A stretch of DNA of 64,000 nt from Bacteriovoracaceae bacterium (GCA_965217035.1 OZ244226.1:1-64000); one strand, 5' to 3'; shown: positions 20,580 to 30,984, counted from the stretch's first letter. A program made the numbers and translations. The notes: a model not told the origin generated them from the sequence alone.

Positions 20580-22181
20580 TTAGAGAGCGATTAACTTCTT
20601 TCTTATGACAAAATGCCATAGTGAGCCTAAAACTAAAAGAATTGAGCCCAAATATTTGATCCAACGTCCTGGATCATAGTTTACTGAAAGAATCGAAGAA
20701 TAAGGCCCTCCCTGCTGGCTTTGGTAATAGCTTGATTGGTAAAAAGTCATGCCCCTGTATTTCAACGGATTATTCATAAAGACATGATGTTTGCTGGTTT
20801 CTCCATTATCAAAGAGAGAGACAAAGCTTTCGTAACTTGCAGGATTATTGGTTCCAGGGTCTTTATCCATTGCAAAACGATTAAGAGTGATCTCATAAGG
20901 AAGTTCGATTACATGATTTCGAAGATCAAAGGTGTATTTTTGTCCAGCAAGAGTCACCTCGATTGGTTTGTCTTTTTTTACCCAGACTTCTTTATCACCT
21001 GTTGGATCTTCTATTATAACCAATAAAGCACGAACGCCTCCGGCTAATTTATTCTGATTTTCTTCTATCGGTTTCGTATAGCGTGGGATCTTTACGGGAT
21101 ATTTTTCATCTTCATGTTGAGTAAGAGAAACTTGAAAACCCATCCAAGGAAGTTCTAATGTTCTTTTATCACCGAAGTCTTTTGTAACCCACTTTTCTTC
21201 ATCGGAATCAAAATAACTTATCGATCTCCCAAATAAAAAGAGATTCGGATTTTCTTCGAAGACCTTTTTATTAAAAAGTCTGTGAGGTGAAGATTCTTTG
21301 ACTCGAATTTGATTATCCTTCGTAACAAATATAGGAAGCGGGGTCATATTCGGAAGAAAAGCAAGCTGAAGGTATTTCGTTTTCACGAGAATAAGCTCAG
21401 CGTTTTCGGTCTTCTTTATGTCAAACTCGGGATTTTCTAGACATTTTTGAGTTTGAACGTCCCAAAGAATAAAATCTTTTTTGGAGGTAAAGCATTCATT
21501 GAGACCTTTAGGAAGGTAGTGAACTCCCAAAGGGCCTAATTGAGTTGAAGTTTTAAAATCAGAGGCTTCATTAAGAGAAAAAGTAAGATTTTCACTCATC
21601 CTTTGATTTGACAGGAAATAGCTTGAGGAGTGAGCGAAGTTATTAAGTTGAGCGTTATCTGGTTCTTGCCATTCAGTCACATCATCGGCAAAAGGCAGAT
21701 AAGTACTTAGGCGAATGTTTTCAAACTTTTCATTAAGGTCGATTTCGTTATGCACATAAGGAAGAGGGTAAATCAGTTCTTTTCCCTCATTTGGTTTTTT
21801 TATAATAAGTTCGTCTTTTGGAATGACAATTTTTCTATTGGGTGTATTAGGAGGAAGGTTTAAAGTTCCATCAATCCCCGCGTAATAAGTGACAAAAGAT
21901 CCGAGAAACAAAAGAAGAAGACCGGCATGGAGTGTATAAAAACCATAAAGGGCCTTTCTTGCAGGTAAGCGAACCAAGGTTGCTATAAAGATACTAAGAA
22001 ACATTAGGAATTGAACGGCCATAAAAGAATAGGACTTATAGACATGGCGATTGACGTAATCAACCCCGTGATAACTTTCTTGAAAAGTTCCATAGGCAAG
22101 ATAAGCAGCAAAAATCAAAATAATAATAACTGCAAATTTCACATTCCCTAGGAGCTTTTCTAGGGATCTTAACTGTTCCAT
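20580..22181 (-). CDS. ccsB: Cytochrome c biogenesis protein CcsB/ResB
   Basis: Three N-terminal TMs with conserved His (TLHAG), MNNPLKYRGMTFYQSSY, VNYDPG. Confidence 0.88.
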   Translation of the reverse strand: MEQLRSLEKLLGNVKFAVIIILIFAAYLAYGTFQESYHGVDYVNRHVYKSYSFMAVQFLMFLSIFIATLVRLPARKALYGFYTLHAGLLLLFLGSFVTYYAGIDGTLNLPPNTPNRKIVIPKDELIIKKPNEGKELIYPLPYVHNEIDLNEKFENIRLSTYLPFADDVTEWQEPDNAQLNNFAHSSSYFLSNQRMSENLTFSLNEASDFKTSTQLGPLGVHYLPKGLNECFTSKKDFILWDVQTQKCLENPEFDIKKTENAELILVKTKYLQLAFLPNMTPLPIFVTKDNQIRVKESSPHRLFNKKVFEENPNLFLFGRSISYFDSDEEKWVTKDFGDKRTLELPWMGFQVSLTQHEDEKYPVKIPRYTKPIEENQNKLAGGVRALLVIIEDPTGDKEVWVKKDKPIEVTLAGQKYTFDLRNHVIELPYEITLNRFAMDKDPGTNNPASYESFVSLFDNGETSKHHVFMNNPLKYRGMTFYQSSYYQSQQGGPYSSILSVNYDPGRWIKYLGSILLVLGSLWHFVIRKKLIAL

Positions 22182-22195
22182 GGATCTAGTATAGC

Positions 22196-22957
22196 TTATT
22201 GCTTCAGACTATTGAATAAAAGGATGCTTGAATAAATGATAGGCTGATGGAGAAGGTAGATCGGAAGAGACTTTTGAGAAACGAGACTAAGGGGTGAGGC
22301 AACCATTTTGGGCACTGAAAGCTTTAACCTAGAAACAAGAGGTGAAAGCCCCATTCCTATCAAAAAAACTCCAGACCATGGGTAAATAGGGATAAAATCC
22401 ACGGATTTTATACTGACCCAGACTTCGAGGGGGTCGACCATCTCGAAACCTGTAAAGTAATTTAATTGGACAAGACTTCCACAGATAAAGGCTGCAAGAG
22501 GTCTGCCCCTGAAAAAGATGGCAATGAGCGTGAGAGCGGCAAGACAATGAAGGGTTCCAAAATAGATCCAATTATTAGGAAACATAACTCGAGTCACAAG
22601 GCTTATGATTAAGGCAAAGAAGACTAATTTCCAAAATCGTGGCATGAGCTTTTGAGCATTTTCTTTTACTGACGGAGGGGACGATTGAAGATTAAGACTC
22701 AGTCCAGAACTTAAAAGAAAAAGAGTGACTATGATTCGAGGTAAGTAAAAGCCAAAGAAGTCTTCCTGAGTAAATTGCCAATATCCAAACATGGCCAGAT
22801 CATATCCGGTGTGAAAAATTATCATTAAGATGATTGCGCTAAAGCGTAAAAAATCAATAAGAGGGTTTCTCTTACTGTATGGAGTGAGAGGAGAGTAAAA
22901 GTCTTTAAATAGGTTCACTAGGATATTATAACGATGCTTAAGCTTCTTAAGGAACAC
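22196..22957 (-). CDS. Heparan-alpha-glucosaminide N-acetyltransferase-like (DUF1624) membrane protein
   Basis: IDFLRFSAIILMIIFH, IYFGTLH, DFIPIYPW, SLPIYLLHQP; start possibly GTG 22918. Confidence 0.8.
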   Translation of the reverse strand: MFLKKLKHRYNILVNLFKDFYSPLTPYSKRNPLIDFLRFSAIILMIIFHTGYDLAMFGYWQFTQEDFFGFYLPRIIVTLFLLSSGLSLNLQSSPPSVKENAQKLMPRFWKLVFFALIISLVTRVMFPNNWIYFGTLHCLAALTLIAIFFRGRPLAAFICGSLVQLNYFTGFEMVDPLEVWVSIKSVDFIPIYPWSGVFLIGMGLSPLVSRLKLSVPKMVASPLSLVSQKSLPIYLLHQPIIYSSILLFNSLKQ

Positions 22958-24145
22958 AAAAATTTTCTTTTTTATTGCTTATTGATCACTTTTTGCTCTG
23001 GAATTGGTCAGACTTATCTTTTGGCGCTTTTTAATGAGTCTTTTCAGGAAAAACTGCAGATATCTTCTAAAGAAATAAGTTATTATTATTCATTAGCAAC
23101 CTTTATTGCTTCACTTTTTCTCCCATTTATAGGGCAAATGATTGATTCAATAGCCTTTAAAAAAGTAGTGCTTTTAATAGCTTTCTCGCTGGGACTTTCG
23201 ATTACTCTTCTTGGTTATGTTGAGTCAGTCTGGCAATTAACTCTTGCTTATATTTTGGTTCGTTTGTTAGGGCAATCTTCTTTACCTTTGACTTCTGCCG
23301 CAACAATTTCGAAACATTTTGGTGAATATAGAGGAAAGGCATTAGCACTTGCTTCGCTGGGACGTTCAACGGCTGAGGGGATTCTCCCTCTGGTTGTCAT
23401 TTCAAGTTTGGCCAACCAAGGGGTGGGACAAACTTTTATTATTCTTGGTGTGCTCACATGGGTCTTATTGATTCCTACCAATTTTTTCTTCCTTAAGAAT
23501 GTGAGGCTGGGAACTCCCTTTTATAAGGAGAATGAGAAAGCTGAATCCGTTCGCTTGCAGTCGGTAAGTTTTAAAAATGTTTATCTTGATTATAAAGTTT
23601 ATCTTTTAAGCTTAAGTAATATTCTTTTACCTTTTCTACTCACAGGGATTTATTTTCATGCTCGTTCTCTTTTGGAAGTAAAAGGATGGTCAATTGAAAC
23701 TTGGGCCCAGTCATTTCTTGTCTATGCTGTTTGTATGGTCGGAGGAAATTTTGCAACTGGCTTCCTTGTTGATCGTCATGGTGCCCATAAAATTATTCTT
23801 TTTAAGTTTGTTCCTGCGCTTCTTTCTATTGCCTTATTCTATTATGCAGAATCTTCGATGATGTGCTTTGTAATTCTTGGTTTATTTGGTTTAAGTGTTG
23901 GTTTGAGTGCTAATGCAAAAAGTGCTTTATTAGCGGAGCTTTTTGGTGGATCTATATTAGCTACAATTAAAAGCATTGATGCGATGATGATGGTGATCTC
24001 AACATCTCTTTCTCCAATTCTTTTTTCTCATTTCATTGAATCTTTCGGAGTAATGACTCTTTTTAAAGCAATGTTCTCTTATACTTTATTGACTGGGTTC
24101 TTACTTTATTTTGTCATCCAGAAGTATAAAAACGCCCAAAGGTAA
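22934..24145 (+). CDS. MFS transporter
   Basis: About 12 TM helices, GQMID and GFLVDRHG motif A, RGKA. Confidence 0.88.
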   Translation: MLKLLKEHKNFLFYCLLITFCSGIGQTYLLALFNESFQEKLQISSKEISYYYSLATFIASLFLPFIGQMIDSIAFKKVVLLIAFSLGLSITLLGYVESVWQLTLAYILVRLLGQSSLPLTSAATISKHFGEYRGKALALASLGRSTAEGILPLVVISSLANQGVGQTFIILGVLTWVLLIPTNFFFLKNVRLGTPFYKENEKAESVRLQSVSFKNVYLDYKVYLLSLSNILLPFLLTGIYFHARSLLEVKGWSIETWAQSFLVYAVCMVGGNFATGFLVDRHGAHKIILFKFVPALLSIALFYYAESSMMCFVILGLFGLSVGLSANAKSALLAELFGGSILATIKSIDAMMMVISTSLSPILFSHFIESFGVMTLFKAMFSYTLLTGFLLYFVIQKYKNAQR

Positions 24146-24721
24146 GCTGTGTTCTATTGCGAAAGACACCTCTGATTCATTGCTTAATCCATAAGAAGTC
24201 AGAGGTTTTAGATTAATATTTCCAGAATATTTTGCTCCGGTGACCCTAACGGTTTGAGAGACCATTGAAAGCATCGAAAAAGTGCCATGATGATTAAACT
24301 TTCTTAAACCTGATCTCTCAAAATGAATGATTTGCTTAGGTCCATAGAGGTGAATTTTTAAAGAACGTTTTTCTAGAGTTTGAAAAATCTCTCCTATAAT
24401 CATTAAAAAGTGATCTTGTCTCCCACCCCAGAGGCCATGAAGGAAAATCTCTTGAACATTATTATCGAGTGATTGAAGAGCGATAGCAAAGTCTGATTGA
24501 TCTTTTTCAGAGGGAAATTCAAAATCCAGAGCTTCATTTTTAAGATTAGAGTCATTATCACCTAGGGATTCTGAACTTGGGATTGAGAGGCTTCCCTTAT
24601 AGTTAATTCCTCCATCGATGAAGACTGAGTGAAGGTTTTCAACTTGATAATGAAGAGGCATAGGTCCTACCAAATTGACTTTTTCTTGGTTAGCCGCAAT
24701 ATTCAATTTCTGTAAACTCAT
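24101..24721 (-). CDS. thiN: Thiamine diphosphokinase-like protein
   Basis: FIDGG, LGDNDS, EKDQSDF, GLWGGRQDH, GLSNE. Confidence 0.75.
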   Translation of the reverse strand: MSLQKLNIAANQEKVNLVGPMPLHYQVENLHSVFIDGGINYKGSLSIPSSESLGDNDSNLKNEALDFEFPSEKDQSDFAIALQSLDNNVQEIFLHGLWGGRQDHFLMIIGEIFQTLEKRSLKIHLYGPKQIIHFERSGLRKFNHHGTFSMLSMVSQTVRVTGAKYSGNINLKPLTSYGLSNESEVSFAIEHSLPLGVFILLDDKIK

Positions 24722-24731
24722 GAGGGACCCT

Positions 24732-25373
24732 ATGTTTTCAAAGACTGTACAAGAGCGATCTCAGAATAGAAAGTTTTGGAGTACCAGTGACAAAGAAGCT
24801 TCCTTTTCTAAAACTTTTCTTCTGAAAGATGGAAGTTTTCAAATCATATGGGATGAAAATGGCTATGTTCTTCGTAATGCTCGAAAACTTTCTGAAGATG
24901 AGATGTCGCTTTTTGATTTGATGCTAGAGTTCTTGATGCTCTATCCCAAAAAACAGCTTGAAAGTTCATCTTTTCGCGAATTTGATTACTTTTTAAGGGA
25001 TAAGAACACAGAATCTCCTTTTCCTGAGAATTATTCAACAAATCATATTGAATCTTTGTTTAAAGATCTGCGTTTCATTATCGAACAAGGACCACAAACC
25101 GCCTTAAACTTAGGAAAACTTAGCAAAATTCAGCAAATTATTACGCTTGAAAGCTTCTTAAAGGCTAGCTCACAGCGCTTTTGGGGTGATGATGTGGTGA
25201 TAAAACTTGATGACATTCAAGGTAAAGATATCGTTCTCAATATCCAGGCTCCTGGAGATTTGGAGCTTTATCTCGATAAAATTCAAGATTGCTTAGTGGA
25301 TTTTTTCCAAGATTATGAATTAAATTGTATACTAAGCAACACGTTTACAATTGATGGAGGGAATGGGCCGTGA
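24732..25373 (+). CDS. Hypothetical protein (C-terminus weakly NifU-C-like, no Cys motif)
   Basis: ORF coupled to the cytochrome c gene; ATG 24732. Confidence 0.55.
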   Translation: MFSKTVQERSQNRKFWSTSDKEASFSKTFLLKDGSFQIIWDENGYVLRNARKLSEDEMSLFDLMLEFLMLYPKKQLESSSFREFDYFLRDKNTESPFPENYSTNHIESLFKDLRFIIEQGPQTALNLGKLSKIQQIITLESFLKASSQRFWGDDVVIKLDDIQGKDIVLNIQAPGDLELYLDKIQDCLVDFFQDYELNCILSNTFTIDGGNGP

Positions 25374-25681
25374 AATCTCTGCTCGTATTATTAATATGTT
25401 TTCAAACCAATCTATTTGCAGGTAACGCTGAAAATGGAGCAAAGCTTTATAAAAAGTGTATGGCCTGTCATGGAAAAGAAGGTCTCGGAAAGAAATCTCA
25501 AAAAGCTCCAATGTTAGCAGGCCAATACGATTGGTATGTGAAGTCTCAAATCATTGCAATTAAGTCCGGTGCTCGTGCCAATAATAATGCGAAAAAGATG
25601 ATGCCCTTTGTGAAAAACCTCTCAGATACCGAGATTGATGACCTTTCAGCCTACATTTTCGCAATGCCAAGAAAGAAGTAA
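25370..25681 (+). CDS. Monoheme cytochrome c (c553/c4-like)
   Basis: Signal peptide, CMACH, APMLAGQ, axial Met in MMP. Confidence 0.9.
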   Translation: MKSLLVLLICFQTNLFAGNAENGAKLYKKCMACHGKEGLGKKSQKAPMLAGQYDWYVKSQIIAIKSGARANNNAKKMMPFVKNLSDTEIDDLSAYIFAMPRKK

Positions 25682-25683
25682 GT

Positions 25684-26157
25684 ATGGAAACTAAAAGACC
25701 TAACCCTGATTTAGAATTTTCGATGTGTGAAACTGAGGCAGATCTAAAAAAAGTTTATGACTATGACGCTGATGTCTTTGCTGAGTCAGGTGATTTTGTA
25801 TGGTCATTGCAAAATCTTAAGAAAGAACAAAAATCAGGTTGGAGAATTTACTCAGTAACGAGTGAAGAAGATAAGGAAATTATTTCAGCTCTTTTTATCA
25901 AGGATGATGGTGACAAGCTTCTTACGAAGAATACTTCCTTGAAGATGTCTCATCAAGGAAAAGGGATTTCTCATAAAATTAAAGAATTCTTTGAAAATGA
26001 AGCAAAGAAAGAGAAAAAAGCAGAGATTTATCACTTCTGCGCCGTTGATAACTTTAGGAGCATAGCATTAAACGAATCTCATGGGTATGAGAGGCTGGAG
26101 TGCGTTAAAAATGGTGAAGTTATTAAGTGGGGTAAGAAATTACTCCCGAAAACCTAA
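25684..26157 (+). CDS. GNAT family N-acetyltransferase
   Basis: HQGKGIS acetyl-CoA motif, N..SIALNE.HGY. Confidence 0.8.
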   Translation: METKRPNPDLEFSMCETEADLKKVYDYDADVFAESGDFVWSLQNLKKEQKSGWRIYSVTSEEDKEIISALFIKDDGDKLLTKNTSLKMSHQGKGISHKIKEFFENEAKKEKKAEIYHFCAVDNFRSIALNESHGYERLECVKNGEVIKWGKKLLPKT

Positions 26158-26248
26158 AAAAATTACCCGAAAATCTCCGATTATTTTGCCTAATAAGGCC
26201 TCATTGTCTATCAATTCTTATCCTTTAGATGTGAAGAGGTTGAATTAG

Positions 26249-27730
26249 ATGAAAATCTTATTTTGGCTAATCATTTTATGGAGTTGTAACGGAACTGATA
26301 CTCCTACTCAAGAAAGACAAAGCCCATCTCGAGGTGAGAGGACTCCTCCGTCCTTAATCGAAGCAGGAGGGCATCTCCATCTGGCCTTATTCTCTGAAGA
26401 TTTAAATAATGATCTTCGATTGGGAAAGATTGCTAAGAATCGCTCCTATGTTTTAACTCTAGAGCTCCAAAACTTAGGAAACTTAAAAGCTGTTCTGAAG
26501 GAAGTAAAAAGTGAAACTCAAAGTTTTGAAATTCAATACCAAGACCAATGCTTATTGAGTCTTAAATCAGGGGAAACCTGTAAGTTTCAAATCTTTCTCA
26601 AGGCAAAAGAGTTGGGTGATACTAATGGGTTTATTAGTTTCGTTTTTACTTCAATAGATGGTCAGGAGCAGTCAGTAGGGCTTTCATTTGAAGCTTTGGT
26701 TGTCTCGAATAATCGAGTTCTTGCTCCTCTGAAATTAAGATATACAAAATTAAGTGAAGTTTCATTTGGAGCGATTGAACTTGATTCTAGCAAGAGAGTT
26801 CTTGTTGAAATTGAAAACAATGAAGAAGTAACGAGAACCTTAGAAAAGGTGTACTTACGAGAGCCTCCGGATAAGTCAATTCGTTTTTCAGGAGGAGAAT
26901 ATCCAGGAGATAAGGGAACTTGCGGTCGAATTTTTAAACAAGGGAATTGTCTCATCGAATTGGAATTTGTCCCAAGGAATAAGTACCGTTATATTTCTGA
27001 GCTAGAACTTCTTTTTGAAGATCAGTCTGTTGTTTTAAAAATTAGTGGAAATGGTAAAAAGAAATCTTCAGGTAAGTGTTTTGTTAAAGAAGAAAGCTTC
27101 TTGTACCCGGAGCAATTTTTAGACAGAAATCAATTCCCATTCCCCTTTAAGCTTGTGAATAAAGAAGGGCAGGAGTTGATCAGTCTTATCTTTGGAACTG
27201 GATCTAATGAATATTCTACTGTCAATAAACTTGAGTATAATAGAAATGCCCAAGCTTATTATCAATTCCCTTCAATAAACTCTAGTTTGCTAGAATATTT
27301 AGAAGATATCGAAATTGATATGAGTTTCTCCCAATATTACAATGGGGATAATTTGAAGGTAAAAGGAAATAGAGCATTATTCTGTCTCAGTTCTTTTGAG
27401 GATAAGCGCTGTTCTGGAGTTTTCCCACAAGGTAATCTTTGGAAGAATATGAAGAATGAAGCTTTTTGGGAGAATATTCCAGAAGCAAACACTCTTTTCT
27501 ATCAGATGATTAAAAATCATCCTCCTAAAAACTTTTACAATGGCTTTGTTTATAAAAAAATCGATAAACGACTTAATCTAAAGCAACTTTTTGGTTTACA
27601 AGTTGACGCATTTAGAAAGATTTTCGATCATTCTAATATTGGGTTATTTCTGATGAATAATCTCAAGTGGGAGAATTCTCCTCGACTTGTGTTGACGTTT
27701 AACCGGGAAGTTCTTTGTGTGTCTCAGTAG
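26249..27730 (+). CDS. Lipoprotein with two Ig-like (ASH/choice-of-anchor D-like) domains
   Basis: LWSC lipobox; C..L.SGETC and FSGGEYPG..GTC..C.IELEFVP patterns. Confidence 0.65.
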   Translation: MKILFWLIILWSCNGTDTPTQERQSPSRGERTPPSLIEAGGHLHLALFSEDLNNDLRLGKIAKNRSYVLTLELQNLGNLKAVLKEVKSETQSFEIQYQDQCLLSLKSGETCKFQIFLKAKELGDTNGFISFVFTSIDGQEQSVGLSFEALVVSNNRVLAPLKLRYTKLSEVSFGAIELDSSKRVLVEIENNEEVTRTLEKVYLREPPDKSIRFSGGEYPGDKGTCGRIFKQGNCLIELEFVPRNKYRYISELELLFEDQSVVLKISGNGKKKSSGKCFVKEESFLYPEQFLDRNQFPFPFKLVNKEGQELISLIFGTGSNEYSTVNKLEYNRNAQAYYQFPSINSSLLEYLEDIEIDMSFSQYYNGDNLKVKGNRALFCLSSFEDKRCSGVFPQGNLWKNMKNEAFWENIPEANTLFYQMIKNHPPKNFYNGFVYKKIDKRLNLKQLFGLQVDAFRKIFDHSNIGLFLMNNLKWENSPRLVLTFNREVLCVSQ

Positions 27731-29342
27731 ATTAATTTTCCTTTTCTTGTTTATCCCTTCAATTGCGTCGGCCATCAATCTCCAAGGTTTCTACTTTAGC
27801 GATTCTTATAAGTATGCAATTGTCGATGATTCTTTTATTTTAAAGCATCCAGGAAATTGGCTCTTTTATACAAGCTTTGGTTATGTAAATAGACCACTTG
27901 TTATTGCAAATGCTTTTACTAATGATAATGAGGGGGTTGTTCTCAATAATCAAAAAGTCTTAACGCTTGGCTTGAACTATAATTTTAGTCGAACATTGGC
28001 ACTTGGGATCGATGCAAGTTTCATTTCGACAGTTCTTAGTGATGACACATCATCTCTTTCTATTGCTGAAACTGCTGCTAATGCCCAAGGTTATTCAATT
28101 GATGAAGGTTCAAATTTGGGTGATATTACATTCAAAGCAAAGTGGAGAGTTTTTCAGGATAAAGAAACTAAAACAGCAATTGCTCTTATCCCTCGTTTTA
28201 ATATTGGAACGGGAAGTGAGGAAACTTTTACGAGTTCGGAAACAATAGGCTGGGGAATTCGTGCTGTTGGTGAGAAGCTTTGGAATCGTTTAGCAATTCA
28301 AGGTGCAATTGGTTATTCACATACTACTGAAGCTGAACTTGGAGATATTGATTATGATCAACTTGTAAATTTTCAAGCGGCCCTTTCTTATCGAGTTCTT
28401 ACTGATTTCAATATTAATTTAGAGTTTTTGAGAAATGTTACGGTCGGAACAGAACAAGATGCTGAGCAAGACGTTGGTGATTATTACGCGACTTTTAAAT
28501 ACAAAATGCACTCAAACTATGATCTTTATGGTGGCTTTGGTTTAGCTGGTTTTACAGATATTGATGAAGAAAATTACACTTTATTTGCAGGTTTAAAGTT
28601 TCATCCTGCTGAAAAACAAAAAAGAAAGCCTGTTAAAAAATCCTATCGAGATTATCTCGAAAAAATTTCTGACCAATATATTCAGGCAGGGAATCGGATT
28701 CGACCAGTGGATGCTAATATCCGAGCGACAGGCAGAGATGTTGATCGTAATGGGAATCTTATTAACTATACTTGTTATTATGATCGTAAGGATGATGGGG
28801 AAGTTGATAATGATCGGAAATGCATAAATTTAAAAGGCTTAAACTTTGATGAAGAAACTGGTGTTGTTGATTGGAAAATCCCTAAAGATGCTTCAGGAGA
28901 ATATGAATTCTTAATAGATGCCTATTATCAGAACGGAACACATATTGATTCTGAAATTTTTGTTATCAAGATAGCTTCTCGTGAAGCAGAGAAAGAGTTA
29001 GGAGCTTTATTTAAAGCAGATCGAGTTTATTTTGATAATTCGAAAACTAATATTAAATCTTCAGAGAAAAAAAAGCTGATAGATTTGGCGAAATATCTAA
29101 AGTCGAATAAGCGAAATGTCAGTAAAGTTATTATTGAAGGCTACGCAAGTAAAGTTGGTAAATCTTCATTTAATAGAGTTTTGTCAGTAAAAAGAGCTCG
29201 AAATGTAATGAAGTTTTTACTTTCTAGAGGAGTTTCTTCAGACCTAATGCAAACAGTGGCCTATGGAGATGACTATTTGAATGAAGAGCCTGAGCATTGG
29301 CAAAATCGAAGAGTTGAATTTAGGATTTATAACAAGCGCTAA
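27717..29342 (+). CDS. OmpA family protein (beta-barrel + Ig-like domain + peptidoglycan-binding domain)
   Basis: VYFDN, IEGYAS, LSVKRA, AYG, NRRVEF. Confidence 0.85.
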   Translation: MCLSRLIFLFLFIPSIASAINLQGFYFSDSYKYAIVDDSFILKHPGNWLFYTSFGYVNRPLVIANAFTNDNEGVVLNNQKVLTLGLNYNFSRTLALGIDASFISTVLSDDTSSLSIAETAANAQGYSIDEGSNLGDITFKAKWRVFQDKETKTAIALIPRFNIGTGSEETFTSSETIGWGIRAVGEKLWNRLAIQGAIGYSHTTEAELGDIDYDQLVNFQAALSYRVLTDFNINLEFLRNVTVGTEQDAEQDVGDYYATFKYKMHSNYDLYGGFGLAGFTDIDEENYTLFAGLKFHPAEKQKRKPVKKSYRDYLEKISDQYIQAGNRIRPVDANIRATGRDVDRNGNLINYTCYYDRKDDGEVDNDRKCINLKGLNFDEETGVVDWKIPKDASGEYEFLIDAYYQNGTHIDSEIFVIKIASREAEKELGALFKADRVYFDNSKTNIKSSEKKKLIDLAKYLKSNKRNVSKVIIEGYASKVGKSSFNRVLSVKRARNVMKFLLSRGVSSDLMQTVAYGDDYLNEEPEHWQNRRVEFRIYNKR

Positions 29343-29354
29343 GACTTAAAATTT

Positions 29355-29390
29355 GGGAGTCAATGAGAAATCACTAACTCCCGGTTTTTT
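29355..29390 (+). terminator. Intrinsic terminator between convergent genes
   Basis: GGGAGT...ACTCCC stem followed by TTTTTT. Confidence 0.6.
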
Positions 29391-29402
29391 AGTTATTTCA
29401 GA

Positions 29403-29675
29403 TTAAGATTTTTTGCCTTCACATTCATGAGTGTGACCATCTAGTTGATGATGAGTGTGACCATTATGCTGATAGTCTACATGATCATCATGTTTAGATG
29501 ATTCATGACCACAACCTTTTTTGTGAACATGTTTGTGGTAATCTTTGTGATGATTATGGTGATGATTTTTATGATGGTCATGACCAGCATGCTGGTAATG
29601 GGAATCGTCGGCTTTGTGATTATGAGCATAAGCTGAAAGACAAGAAAGCATAAATAAAGATACTAATAGTTTCAT
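29403..29675 (-). CDS. Small secreted His-rich metal-binding protein
   Basis: Signal peptide, SD AGGAG, HVH..GCGH....HDDHVDYQHNGHTH. Confidence 0.75.
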   Translation of the reverse strand: MKLLVSLFMLSCLSAYAHNHKADDSHYQHAGHDHHKNHHHNHHKDYHKHVHKKGCGHESSKHDDHVDYQHNGHTHHQLDGHTHECEGKKS

Positions 29676-29758
29676 AAAATCTCCTTCTTATTAAGTTATA
29701 AAAGGAATTAAGTTGTTCTTCAAGAAGGTAAAACGAGTACTTGAGTTGTAAACTTGGA

Positions 29759-30259
29759 TTACTTGGCTGAAGTCACTTCTGCTTTTGCTGAAATAAAATG
29801 TTGGTGAGTTAGTCTTAGATAAGTATTAATTGAGCGTATCTCTTCTGCTTCAATATTTGCGAGATCTCCATCACTCGCAGCGAGTTGGAAGAGTACTTTG
29901 ATTAGATTATACCTTTCACCCTCTGAAAAGTTTTCAATCAAAGGAGAACAATAGAAGTGATTCTCAAGACCAACAAGTTTTTTGACGTTCTCTATTGCAA
30001 GGTTAGTCAATGAGCTGGCATCCTCTTCAGAGAGTTCCGTCCACTTAAGAAGTGCTTCTTTCATATACTTTTCTTCACCTAGTTCAACCTTCAAATCAGC
30101 AAAAGCAACTCTTGCCATCAAACCAGCAACGCAGGTGTAGGTGATATATGTTTGTTCTGTTTGATCAGGGAAGTGTTGCTCAATCGACTTTTGTAATTCG
30201 CTTTTATTTTCATCACCTGAATCATTGAATCGGAAGACGTCTAAAAATCCCATAATCAC
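29759..30259 (-). CDS. TerB family tellurite-resistance-like protein
   Basis: VAFADL.V...E and LAASDG....E motifs. Confidence 0.8.
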   Translation of the reverse strand: MIMGFLDVFRFNDSGDENKSELQKSIEQHFPDQTEQTYITYTCVAGLMARVAFADLKVELGEEKYMKEALLKWTELSEEDASSLTNLAIENVKKLVGLENHFYCSPLIENFSEGERYNLIKVLFQLAASDGDLANIEAEEIRSINTYLRLTHQHFISAKAEVTSAK

Positions 30260-30984
30260 CCTTTAAATAATGCACTATAAAGTAACCGCATAGCTGCAAT
30301 TGTTAATATCGATTTGAAGAGAATAAAAAATGTTTTTTCATTTAATCGCTTCAGTAATCGAACACCTACCATTGTTCCTAAAATCACTGCGACGATCAAG
30401 CTAAGAATAATTTCCATATTCTTTGCATAAGGGAAACTTAAAAGCATAAAAGCGGGAATCTTTAAGGCATGAGTAAAAATTTGAAGAGCTGACTTTGTAG
30501 CGATGATTTCTTCTTTCTCTAAATCGCCTCTCAAGAAAAAAGGAGCGAGAAAAGGGCCAACAGCGCCAACGAGAATACCTAACCCTCCAGCGCATATTCC
30601 TACTATGAAGAATGCCCAATAAGGGACTTTCAAAGGTGGGAGTTTCTTTGGTTTGAAAACAGCATAGATGATTAAAAGAGCTAATAAAATTTTTAATGAC
30701 GATTCCGAAAGCTGTCCTCTTAATTGCATGGCTGCATAGTAGGCTCCGAGTGGAGCGCCAAAAATATAAGGGATTAAGAAACTCAGCTTTACATGTTTTC
30801 TAAGAAAGAGAGTTCGGGAAAAATTTGAAGCTAACTGTACGGCGCCATGAACAGGGACAATGAAAGTGATGGGGTAGAAAAAAGTCATGATGGTTAAGAG
30901 AACTATTCCACCACCCATTCCAGTAATAGCTGAAATTGCTCCAGTGAAAAAAGTTGAAATAAAAAGAATAATTTGAGTAGTCAT
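30256..30984 (-). CDS. Sulfite exporter TauE/SafE family protein
   Basis: GMGGG, multiple TMs, GAVGP. Confidence 0.85.
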   Translation of the reverse strand: MTTQIILFISTFFTGAISAITGMGGGIVLLTIMTFFYPITFIVPVHGAVQLASNFSRTLFLRKHVKLSFLIPYIFGAPLGAYYAAMQLRGQLSESSLKILLALLIIYAVFKPKKLPPLKVPYWAFFIVGICAGGLGILVGAVGPFLAPFFLRGDLEKEEIIATKSALQIFTHALKIPAFMLLSFPYAKNMEIILSLIVAVILGTMVGVRLLKRLNEKTFFILFKSILTIAAMRLLYSALFKG

